The notes under the pieces are model-generated. The model ran no database searches and was not told the DNA's origin. It saw only the letters and a list, made by a program, of their open reading frames with translations. This document shows positions 23,901-32,956 of a stretch of 64,000 nucleotides of DNA, piece by piece. Origin of the DNA: Macrostomum lignano. Taxonomy: Eukaryota. The stretch lies in NCBI GenBank assembly GCA_002269645.1, contig NIVC01001600.1, positions 186,001 to 250,000 of the forward strand, written 5' to 3'. Each line of letters opens with the position of its first letter. The first letter of the stretch is position 1. Made by a program: the position numbers and the translations under genes.

Positions 23901-26369
23901 ATCAGAACCGGCCTGGACCCTGGCACGCGGCAAGTTTCAGTTCTACCCGGCGCCGCGGGCACAGTGCAAATCGGCTTAGCAAGCGGCCGGCCAGACGACC
24001 ACCACCCGGCTTGAGGGGGTTTTGAGGGGTTGACTCTGACTATATATGAAGGTGTGTTTTGGCAATCGGATCTCACTTTTTTTCCTTCTCTCCTTTTCCC
24101 CGGTTTGTCTTGTCCAGTTCCCGGCCGGTGGCCCGACTTTTCCTCCCCTTGTTGGTTCGCGCTTTGAGGCGTTTTGATTTCATCACCCCCGGTCCATATC
24201 TTTGTTCCCGCCCAACCGCAGTAGTCTTGTGGCGTAACGTCTACGGCAAATTCCTGTCTGAAGTCGTCGCTATCAAGCGCGGTTAGATAGAGACTGTCGG
24301 ATCTGATCAAGTACGCGGCCTCGACCCCGAGGGCCCCAGTGTTACACTGAAGGGCAGTGCCGATAGAACTTAGTCGGTACTCCGTTGAACGGTCGGTTCG
24401 GCAGGGCTCTCGTTTGAGAGTAGGTTCTGGCTTAGGCCAGGGGTTAGGAGTCTTCTCCGTGGTCCTGTGTTCGGTGCCTCCTCCTTCTTCTTCAGCTGAG
24501 ATCCGCTTGTCAGTGCGTGTATAATCATTATTTATTAACCGTTGTTGTCGTTTTGTCAACTCTAGTTATCTGCGCCGTTTGCTTGAATCTTGTAACTCAG
24601 CTAATCAAATTAAACCGTCAATCAAGTTAGTTATTCTTGAAATAGGATTATCACTCTCTAAATCTTTCGGTTTGTGTTCCCTCGTGTTCTTTCTTTTCTT
24701 GTACTGTACCTGCGGCTATTGGAGAAAGACTGGTAGGACTCGCCGACCGGCGATAGGCGATTAGGATTAATAGCTTTAAAATCTTCGAACGCTCCAAGTA
24801 GGTTTGTCTAGGGCCTAAATAATTGCTCACCGTGCATGCTATTATCTAATTGCCTATTTATCACAGCTACAACAAATGCTTTGTTGCAAATATAATTTAA
24901 CATTTTAAGTTATTTTTTTCTAGGGACAACAAAGGCAAAGCTAACCTTTTGAAAAAATAAAAACAATATCAATGAGAATTTTGTTAATTCTTTAGCATAT
25001 CTAATTTAAAAAATAGTTTATTATATTAGCTTTATATTTTATTCTAGAAATGACTTTTCATGCTAGAAATTTCCATTTTAAAAAAATACAAAAATAGAGG
25101 CCTCTTTGTATCTTGTACATTATAGTTTTTTTAAAAGCCATTTCTATGCAAAAGATAACATAGTTTGCTATTACTCTATACCCTATCATCCTAACAAAAT
25201 ATAAGAAGAATGTTTTAGATAATAAACATTTTTTAAGTTTTTTTTTCAAAGATAACTTGTATTTTTTCTTTTATCTAATATATATTTGCTTTTTATTCTA
25301 TGTATATATAAGTTATTTTATGTAATAATATTATAAATGTATATAATGTACCCCATGTAATATACCATTGCATTTAAAAGTTACCTATAAACCTGCAATA
25401 TTTCATTTGAATTTTCAATGAAAAAAGTATAAATAGTAAAGCAATATATTGTAAAAATGGCAAAAAGGTCAATTTTTATAAATATGATAGTTTTTTAGTA
25501 TACTTTTATTTAGAACTTTAGATAAAAAATTATTTTTAGTTACATTTTTCAACTATAATTTAATATTTAAGTATCAAATTGCATAAGTTTAAACTTGAGC
25601 AAGATATAACACAAAGTATTAAAATTGAAGTACAAAATTATTCTATTTTTGAACAAGCTTTTCAAAGCTTTGGCTTATATTGAAAGACATAATGGCTGGC
25701 AGTAGGCTAGCTTGGAAAAAAGATCAAAATATTTCTAGGCTAGCCTAGGAAAAGATCTGGCTATCCTGCAGAATCATTGATTTTGTTAAACTCACTGTAT
25801 ATATATTTTTTAGCCATTGATATAAAACTTGCCAAAAATGAGTATTTTCATTATGCCAATATTTTGGAAGTGTTTTGGCATTAAAATTCCATTTGTGGGT
25901 TTTTTGTCTGGTTTAACAAATGATTCTGCAGGATAGCCAAGGATCTTCTATTTATCTTTCTTATATAGACCCTATGTTGCCTGGAAAAAGATCATCTTTG
26001 ACTAAATGAATTAAATATCAAAGTGTCAATGTAGAAAATAAGCAAAACACATATTTGCTTATGTTTGGTATTCACTTAAAAATGACAAGAAGTTTAAATT
26101 GAATTTTTTCTCCCAATTTAAATTACATGAATTATAAATTTATAAACTTCTTGTTTTTTATTATATCATATTATATATATAATATTATATATATTATAAT
26201 TTATTTATAAATTGAATTATATAATTTGAATGAATGTATATAAGCAAGATCAACAGAATATCTTTTCCCAGGCTAGCCTGGAGATATTTTGATCTTTTTT
26301 TCCAGGCTAGCCTACTACTGCCGTAGGGTGCACCATTGAAAAGAAAAAATGTTTGTACTTACACGACAT
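2915..26369 (-). CDS. SREBF: Sterol regulatory element-binding protein (bHLH-ZIP, membrane-bound), multi-exon; C-terminal end unresolved
   Basis: Exons with GT-AG borders and consistent phases: 12115-11373, 7866-7519, 5850-5718, 5468-4714, 4201-3587, 3256-2915; tentative exon 1 at 26369-26363 (ATG TCG T|GTAAGT). Basic region SHTVIEKKYRQSINNKIDEL has the SREBP-diagnostic Tyr. Also helix2/zipper LSKSLVLKRTIDRIHLLERENESL, TM1 with an NP motif, luminal RALK, TM2, and C-terminal DPESCWWAATA resembling SREBP DPVAKWW. Confidence 0.92.
3400..3535. repeat. Intronic 31-bp minisatellite (SREBP intron 3586-3257)
   Basis: About four copies of CTGAGGATCTGGGAGGCTGGTGGCCCAGCAA. Confidence 0.9.
4237..4695. 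repeat. Intronic tandem repeats: 34-bp unit x3, then 21-bp unit (GGTAAT[A/G]C[C/T]AACAAAGCGGTA)
   Basis: Direct repetition filling the SREBP intron 4713-4202. Confidence 0.95.
5483..5690. repeat. Intronic 26-bp minisatellite GCATTGGAGACTTGGGTAATGTGATG
   Basis: About eight copies filling the SREBP intron 5717-5469. Confidence 0.95.
6765..7445. repeat. Intronic 20-bp purine-rich minisatellite GGGAGAGGGTAATGAATAAG
   Basis: Direct repetition inside the SREBP intron 7518-5851. Confidence 0.97.
7915..11300. repeat. Intronic ~31-bp satellite with a 1484-bp higher-order duplication
   Basis: Unit GAGACACCCCTGAAGACACAGCAGATCTCA(TC/GC)T; ORF-track entries recur at +1484 (7973/9457, 8562/10046, 9125/10609). 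Confidence 0.97.
13663..14850 (+). repeat. 5' LTR (1188 bp)
   Basis: Direct repeat of 23678-24865; contains CCAAT (~13883) and a TATATAT box (~14025). Confidence 0.97.
14853..14869 (+). other. Primer binding site candidate TGGAGCCCCTGGGATTC
   Basis: Starts with TGG 2 nt after the LTR; resembles a gapped complement of a tRNA-Thr-type 3' end (inference from recalled tRNA sequences). Confidence 0.6.
15377..16609 (+). CDS. gag: Gag (410 aa) with one CCHC zinc knuckle
   Basis: ORF after the leader; capsid-like RRQKEDESLEEFYDAL; CYECGEETHLARDC knuckle. Confidence 0.95.
   Translation: MAQDGENSQESKSAEIRNEGEIDEAEHLRTVVRELQDRIRRMETENPEPRVILKSHNSVAKPKPYRLGSDFELFLRIFNNYCQGNSIDESAKVYQLLSLLDEDAYKVYINLGLASTESFESIEKTLKDKFKPVGQKEEAKLELMNRRQKEDESLEEFYDALVELVRKAGLESQARERVSERFEAGIANYKVRRAVIAYRRTHESKYQTQDLLTAAKNEEILEELANPGSQKNRRKQEGSNTLTAQVEKEQKKPAPSADQGHQSFGPQFASPSNYPSQYQPYQNYQPQFDYRQWQPRFAHRQMNPSYRPQAPVQPPNSFRPQHHMSSYSRPYNRQSSPFVRPAMTRPSRFGHEAGGANDRFTPSGANAPNARKACYECGEETHLARDCPVRRNSLNYRRGGTKGGPTAPSH
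16546..21333 (+). CDS. pol: Pol: cold-shock domain - coiled coil - aspartic protease - RT - RNase H - integrase; interrupted by three apparent 1-nt deletions
   Basis: Protease LVDTGAS; RT YLDD; RNase H DVDACD...TDH; integrase HHCC (YHDQMAH...CTEC), D (VHIDF), D (SDRG), E (RCERM), GPY motif. Frame changes at ~19465, ~20181 and ~20450, each -1. Confidence 0.93.
16555..16623 (+). promoter_or_regulatory. -1 programmed ribosomal frameshift signal (U UUA AAC, 7-nt spacer, GC stem, possible pseudoknot)
   Basis: TTTAAAC at 16555-16561 in X XXY YYZ register of gag; the pol frame is -1 and open from 16546; stem GGGGCGG (16569-75) pairs with CCGCCCC (16593-99); loop GGGAG can pair with CTCCC (16619-23). 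Confidence 0.85.
16672..16890 (+). other. Cold-shock domain (Y-box/CspA-like OB fold) at the Pol N-terminus
   Basis: Hand translation of the pol frame: EYGNLVWYNYYRGYGFLRDSDNRDIFFHVTNTNIATDYEIMHFLRQRATVKFIRTNDTTHSRKQRAVNVKI; matches CSD G-x-V-x-WFN, RNP-1 (RGYGFL), RNP-2 (DIFFH), V-x-F and A-x-NV. Confidence 0.85.
21924..22520 (+). CDS. Accessory ORF3 of the LTR element (~198 aa; unknown function, not env-like)
   Basis: GC-rich ORF between pol and the 3' LTR, preceded by a branch-point-like CTAAC and TTGCAG acceptor (AG at 21917-18); no signal peptide or TM segment; Arg-rich helix. Confidence 0.65.
   Translation: MAEREEGEIPDGATAVPEVDVLDVCAAVDDLGMSEATAKPSRAERRRERAQRHYEQRRAVRRAERELETSTALTRPQVFSALKRYIRNDWSRNPSVDTLRAKLRHVRLAGQQGGIPMPELFDAMATAVSVAIAFTPRQRMPDTSIDDIRTACQAEGLALKGRNGTGSASTSMGAFCPLAAASHCSAPVTAASWKRTVQ
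23041..23052 (+). other. Internal duplicate polypurine tract
   Basis: T-run followed by AGGAGGGGGGAG, the same motif as the 3' PPT. Confidence 0.75.
23666..23677 (+). other. 3' polypurine tract
   Basis: T-run then AGGAGGGGGGAG immediately before the TG of the 3' LTR. Confidence 0.92.
23678..24865 (+). repeat. 3' LTR (1188 bp)
   Basis: Copy of the 5' LTR at offset 10015. Confidence 0.97.
25698..26322. mobile_element. MITE-like non-autonomous element with imperfect ~65-bp terminal inverted repeats
   Basis: GGCAGTAGGCTAGCTTGGAAAAAAGATCAAAATATTTCTAGGCTAGCC at the left is mirrored at 26260-26322; inner IR GGCTATCCTGCAGAATCATT / AATGATTCTGCAGGATAGCC. No TSD seen. Confidence 0.6.
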
Positions 26370-26705
26370 TGTGCTCTAGATCAGCCAAAAGTAAGTGTAC
26401 TTTTGGAACTCTAGCAGCACTGAAGGCGTCGAACAATGAATACCGGAGTCTCTATATGACTATTTTGTCGGACTATAGAAAAACTTTAGTACAGATTAAG
26501 TTTAGTTATATAGCTAATGCGTACAATACAAACAAACGAACGAAACATGAGACCATGAGTTAAAAAGCTTTCGTTCAAATCTGTTAAATTAGCGCTAAAC
26601 AAAAGTCACACCACTTTTATAACATTAAAACAAACTTATGATTAGAAGAATCTTTAAAATAAAGCAGATTGTAGATAAGTCAGTTCAAAGACAAACAAAG
26701 TAAAT

Positions 26706-26784
26706 ATTTATACTACAACTGGGTCAGTTTACATTTTAACTATATTTCATTTGTCGCAGTGATCACGCGATTTTCCTGACCAAT
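26706..26784 (-). promoter_or_regulatory. Putative SREBP promoter: CCAAT (26780-84), SRE/E-box-like ATCACGCGAT (26762-71), TATAAAT (26712-06, minus strand)
   Basis: Order and spacing fit leftward transcription toward the tentative exon 1; SRE + NF-Y pairing is typical of SREBP-regulated promoters. Confidence 0.5.
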
Positions 26785-26822
26785 TGTTTCGACTAACTAG
26801 GCCAAGGGCCAAGAAATTTGTT

Positions 26823-26980
26823 GAGGGAGCGGATTCTGAAGGGTTAAAACCGGGGGGCGGAGAGGGTGCGGCTCTGTATTTTGGCGAAAATTCGCTTGGT
26901 CCTTCCTCCCTTTGATTTTTTTCTGGTCTCCGCCTAAGAGGGGGGTGACCACCCTCCACCCCCCCTAGTTGCGCCACTGG
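26823..26980. mobile_element. Short dispersed-repeat or MITE-like fragment
   Basis: GC-rich patch in AT-rich DNA; ends read CAGTGGCGCAACTAGGGGGG and GAATCCGCTCCCT on the minus strand, like small TIR elements. Confidence 0.35.
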
Positions 26981-27749
26981 GCAAACTACGTCTTATGCTA
27001 ATCAGTGGCTCGATCCACCGACGACAAATAAGGCCAAATTTCATGTTATCACCTAACTTATAACATCAAATATTCCTTTCGGTCGTGCGATTTGATTGAA
27101 CAAGTGTGAATGGAGCCAATTAAAGCCAAAAATCATGTCAATACATGTCATTTTAATCGGCGGATGACTGGATCTAAATGGGCAATTTTCACATTTTCAA
27201 GGGGCAATTTTTAATTGCACTTTAGAATGCTATCAATAATAAAGGTATAGGCTTTCATGTTTTTAATTCAGATCCAATTCCGCCTGTCGATCGTGCCCGG
27301 CCTCGATCCTGCTTGTACACTGTAATCGGTGCGGTGGAACTCTACGCCGATTCGTTGACTTAAAAGTCTGAACGGCAAAACAGATCGTTTGAAAGTGCTT
27401 CAGGCTTATAGTTCGACCAGCAGGTCCTAATCGACAATTAACAAGCGTTATTCGAACGCTAAAGAACAATTACTGTTACGTGTACAAATGCAAATTTTAC
27501 GAGGCAATAATTGCATGCACTTGTACATTAATGTACATGTATTCGGCAGTAAATCTTTGACATTTAGTTTGTTTTCGGGATGTTCAATATTATATTCTTT
27601 TATAACTTAAATATGGATGGGCACAAGCTGGAGACGCATTTAAGTGGAGAAGATGTTTGTAAAGTACAAACATCTGTTTCTCAGGTTGTGAAGTTCATTC
27701 TTCCAGTTTCATTGAAATTCAAACAGCGCCGCTAGAGTTGACTCGTCGA

Positions 27750-29681
27750 TCAGCCGCAGCTGGTTGATGCGAACCTGACGGACACGAAGCCCTGATCGCC
27801 AGTGCAGCTGCTGCTGGAGACGCAGCCGTCCAGGCAGAAGGAGCCACCGCCGCCGCCGATGTGACTGCGGCCGACACCCGCGCCGCCGCCACTGAAGCCT
27901 CCGCCTCCGCCAGCAGCGCCTTTGATCGAGCCGCGCATGCAGCCGCAGCCGCCGCCGCCGCCGAAGCCGCCGTGGCAGGCGCTGCCACCACCGGCGCTGC
28001 CGCCGACCCAGCCTTGGGCCCGACTGCCGCCTCGTTCGCCATCCCAGGAGCTCCGCCTAGGGTTGACTGCCCTGCCAAGCCAGCCGGCGCCGCAGCCTCC
28101 GTGGTCAGAGTTTGATGGGGTGCCACTCGGATTGTTGGAGCCCGGCTGGCCGTTGATGCCGCCGAAGCCTTTGTTGTTCTCAGCTCCGATGCTGTCCGAG
28201 CCGTTAGTTCCCACTTGTCCTGGCCTTCCTGCAGTTTTTTGTATTACTATCGTACAGAGAACTATTATAGCACGATGCACAATAGTTACGGAAACTTAAT
28301 GCCCTGTAGAAACCACAATTAGTTATACCGACATATCAATATCAAACTATAATACGGTTTTGGAAAGTTTTTATCAGACAGTCCAGTTTTTACCGAAAAT
28401 ATATACATTACGGAGATAAGAGCTGCATGTTTTCATGCTATCAGCACAAAATTTATTAATGCTTTGAATGGCAGGCAGATCCAATTTTCATCTTATTATT
28501 GATATGTCTTGCCTTTCTTTTGTATAGCTCTATTGATATTCTTAGAGCCTTTTGTTTACGTCCTGTGCCTAAACATCATAAAAAATGGCACAACTTGATT
28601 CATTAATTTTATGAATCTTTTTTATCATGCTTTGCTCATTGACAGTAACGAAATGAATTTTTTTTAAGCTGCAGTTATTAAGCATTCAAACAAATGGGAC
28701 AGGCTTTTAAATAAATATGGCTTATTGGACTAATTTATCAAAAAAACCTGCCTCCTTAAAAGTTCGAGAAACATTCTTGCTCACCATCGTGTCCTATACC
28801 GGCGCCACCGCCCCCGCCGGCAGCCAGCAGCAGCAGCTGGTCGTTCGTCCGGTACACGAAGCTGCCGCCGCCTCCGCCGCCTCCTTCGCTGCTCAGGGAG
28901 GTCGAGCCGCCTGTCTGGCCCACAACGATGCTCAGCTGGGTGCCGGCCGTCAGGTTGACTCTGGCGCTCACCTGGGCTCCGGGGCCTCCGAAGTTCATCA
29001 GGGCGTTGTTGCCTCCTCTGGCACCGGCTGCCTCAATGAGGTAGCAGCCGCTAGCGGGAGCCGTGAAGGTTTCGATCGATCCGTTTCTGCCCGAGCTGCT
29101 GTCTGTGGGAGTTTATGATGAAGCTTTGACTGCAACAATTGTCGCACAGACATTTTCAAACAATTCCATATCTCGTGACTCACTTCTCAGCAGCACTTCA
29201 GCTGACGTCAAACTCATAAGGTTTTGGTCAAACTCTTCCGCTTTCCACAAAGTCACAGCGCTATCGTCGGGCGAGCCGAGCTGTATCGTCACGTGACTTC
29301 CGTTTGGACCGGCGGGCTGCCCCAATGACTCATTGTTGATGCTGACTGTCCGACAGACTCTGGCGGTCTTGTTCAGCTCGACGACAGCGCAGCCTCTGAG
29401 CTGGCACAGCAGCAGGCAATGACTTTCCTGAGCGACATCGTTATTGACGAACAAGCTGATCACAGAATCAATCAGCTCAACGGAGCTGCTGGTGACGAAT
29501 CGATTGAAGCGTTTGACGCTCAGAACGTTTTTCACTGAAATTCGAGCGAGTATAAAAAGCAGTTCACACATGCACATCCGCATGCACTCTCGTAGGAGTA
29601 GCAGGGGAGGCACGAAGCAACTAGACCGTACTCACCGCTTACTTGAATAAGCACAATGGCGAAAATTACCCAGAATTTCAT
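27750..29681 (-). CDS. Secreted protein (397 aa): signal peptide, PAN/apple-like Cys domain, ALK/LTK-type glycine-rich domain
   Basis: Exons 29681-29636, 29534-29184, 29102-28785, 28228-27750, all phase-1 GT-AG introns, giving one open frame. MKFWVIFAIVLIQVSV signal; CLLLCQLRGC..C; YLIEAAGARGG, GGGGGGGSFVY, LLLAAGGGGGA, GGFGGGGG, GGGGGFSGG motifs. Confidence 0.85.
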
Positions 29682-30398
29682 AGTCTACGACAAGATTGTA
29701 AGCTTTTAGCCTGTTAATGCTATTCAGATTGATGGTGTGCGGGGAAATGGGAAGCAGGTATATAGATCTGCTTTATACAATTTATACCGTTTGGAGCGCA
29801 AGCTGCAGCCAATCCGTGATGAAGGACGGAAGCTGGGAGATAGGAGCTCTCAGTCTCAGCTGTCGCCACCCTGTAAGTCTAACAAAGAAGCTAGCTCCAT
29901 CTCAAACCGCCCCCTAAAAAAAATTTCGGCTGCCACATCTAGTCTTCATCACATGCCACCGCCTGCTGAGTAGTGATTCTCATTTTACTTCAGTAGTTAG
30001 TAACTGACGGGTTAGCGGGTTGAAGAAAACTGCAGAGCTGGATGCATGTAGAAGCAAATTATTGCTTCTTTTGGTTTTCTGCTTTTAATGAGAGCCACCC
30101 ATACCGGCTATACGGGCTAACAACTAGAGTATAAAATATGCGTTTGCATAGCCATTTGAGAACAATAGCGTATGACGCATGTCAAGACGATGAACAATGC
30201 TTCAATTCTACTATTTGCTGTCGCCCTATGATGTTCGCACTTTGCAGCTCTCGCAGGAAAACCGGCGGGAAGTACCCAATTTGTCGCATGGTAGAGAAAG
30301 GAAGGCACTTGCATGTCTTTCGTGACTAAGATAGATCAATTATGCATACCACGTGGCTGCCGCAGACATTACTTAGTCGCCATGCACCCGATGCAACT

Positions 30399-30950
<552 letters not shown>

Positions 30951-31402
30951 GAAGCTCTGAGACGATTCATGATTACTAGTCATTTCAGCGTATTAGAATA
31001 TAGGCAAAAGAATCGATCCTTTTTACTGGTGGTTCACTCTTGATCAGCCCATTTTGCATACTTCAACCCTACCTACACCAAACCCCAACCCTCCCCCCAC
31101 TGACGACTCTTCAAAGCAGCTGCAGAGGCAGATCTGCCTATTGTGCCTTCTTCAGTCCGAATCGCTATTGTGTGGCGCCAAAGCCTTTGAGACCCCACTG
31201 CGCCACTGCTCTTCCTAAATGGTTGCTGCTGCAGCTCCAACTAATAGCTTTAGGTATACAGTATCTTCTGCGAATACCAATGCCTCCCTTCCCCCTTGAG
31301 TCGCCTTGCCCATTCGAACAAGGAGTTGAGCCCAGGGAAAAAGCTGCTGGTAATTATGGCTGGGAGAAACCTGTTTCCGCGTGGGGTGGTCAACGCCGTG
31401 TC

Positions 31403-31432
31403 GATCTAGGCTATATAATCTACCAGCATAGC
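31403..31432 (+). promoter_or_regulatory. TATA-containing core promoter TCTAGGCTATATAATCTACC(A/G)GCAT(A/G)GCTC, shared with the copy at ~37285
   Basis: TATATAA about 100 bp upstream of the ATG at 31512; near-identical 30-mer at ~37285-37312. Confidence 0.65.
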
Positions 31433-31511
31433 TCCCTCCGCTTCCTCGCTCACTTGTCAAAAATTGAAGACTGAATTTTGAACTTGAGTTAAGCTTTCTA
31501 CACACGAGGCG

Positions 31512-32956
31512 ATGTCTATCCTGAGCAAAGCTACTCTCGGAGCCGTCTTGTTGGGTCTGGTGCTGTGCTGCAGCGTTAGCGCCATCCCAGTATACAAACC
31601 CAGATGTAAGTTAACACGCCTCGACTTATTGTTGACTGAAACTGACCTTTGGAATAAATGAATTTTTATAACCCGCAGTTGCTGACTCCGGCAGTTCCGG
31701 TTCCGGAAGCTCCGAGCCTCCAATGCCTCCTCCGATGCCAACTGGTGAGGCTCCGGGTGAGTGGCTCAGAAATTTGACAGTATTCTTCCTAGCTATAAAG
31801 ATGCATATAAGTGATTTGACAATTAATTGACGCCTTCTTTACAGCCAGCGAAGCCCCACCACCGTTCATCCCAGGCGTCGGAATCCGTGAGTTTCTTTGG
31901 AGCTAAGTTTTATAGTTGCTCCTAAACAATCAAGTGTTCTAAAACGTTATAAAGTTATTTTGACAATTATATTTATTGACTTATTATACTTGCAGCCAGC
32001 GACGAGCCGCCAACTTATTCCCCAGACATCGGAATCGGTAAGTCTTTCGAAGCTGATATTCTTAGCTGTTCCTTTACAATCATGCGTTTTTAACATGCAA
32101 AGCTGTTTTGACGATTGGACCTAATTACTACTTAATTACAGCTAGCAATGCGCCGCCACCGTTCATCCCAGGCGTCAGAATCCGTGAGTTTCTTTAGAGC
32201 TGAGGTTCACAGTTTTTTCCTGAACAATCAAGTGTTCTAAAACGTTATGAAAGTATCTTACTAGTTGTGAAGTTTGCTAACTGTAATATGTTTTTGACAA
32301 TTGCATTGATTGACTTGCTTACAGCCAGCGAAGAGCCGCCAACTTCTTTCCCAGGATTCGGAAGTCGTAAGTTTATCGGAACTGATTTTTGAAGTTGTTA
32401 CTGAACAATAAAGTGTTCTAACATGTTTTTAACACGTTAGTTTTTGACAATTGCATTGATTAACTTGCTTACAGCCAGCGAAGAGCCGCCAACTTCTTTC
32501 CCAGGATTCGGAAGTCGTAAGTTTATCGGAACTGATTTTTGAAGTTGTTACTGAACAATAAAGTGTTTAGCACATGTTTTCAACACGTTAGTTTTTGACA
32601 ATTGGATTTATTGACTACATTCTTACAGCAAGCGAAGAGCCGCCAACTTCTATCCCTGTTGTGCCGTACGGAGGAAATGGTGAGTTTCTAAGAGCAAACC
32701 ACGAGTATGAAAGGTTTCTGACATTCATGCTGGATTGAATCCGAACTTCGAGGCCTATCAAGCGTAGATAATCCGTTTCCACCGAATTCACATTGCCAAA
32801 TAATCCGCAGCCATGAACGAAGAGCCGACTTCTCCGCCAGGTGCTGGATTTGGAAGTAAGTGCTAAAGCAGTTAATTTTATATATGATAGACAGCAACAG
32901 ACTTTGTGCATGACACTCCGTTATCCGCAGCTCCACTGCCGGTAGTCCGCGGCTGA
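31512..32956 (+). CDS. Secreted Pro/Ser/Gly-rich repeat protein (163 aa) encoded by 10 exons, mostly 42-nt symmetric exons
   Basis: Exons 31512-31605, 31679-31744, 31845-31886, 31996-32037, 32142-32183, 32325-32366, 32475-32516, 32629-32679, 32811-32855, 32931-32956; all nine introns GT-AG phase 1; signal peptide MSILSKATLGAVLLGLVLCCSVSA; AATAAA at ~33055. Confidence 0.85.

Larger units (their letters stand above)
13663..24865 (+). mobile_element. Full-length Ty3/Gypsy LTR retrotransposon (11203 bp), recently inserted
   Basis: LTRs 13663-14850 and 23678-24865 (TG...CA; identical by eye and by identical ORF translations); 4-bp TSD GCTA at 13659-13662 and 24866-24869; PBS-like site after the 5' LTR; PPT before the 3' LTR; gag then PR-RT-RH-IN order. 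Confidence 0.98.

Noticed and set aside
29113-29115. Apparent premature TAA in the PAN-Gly gene
   Set aside because: It lies inside an 81-nt GT-AG intron (29183-29103) whose removal restores the frame.
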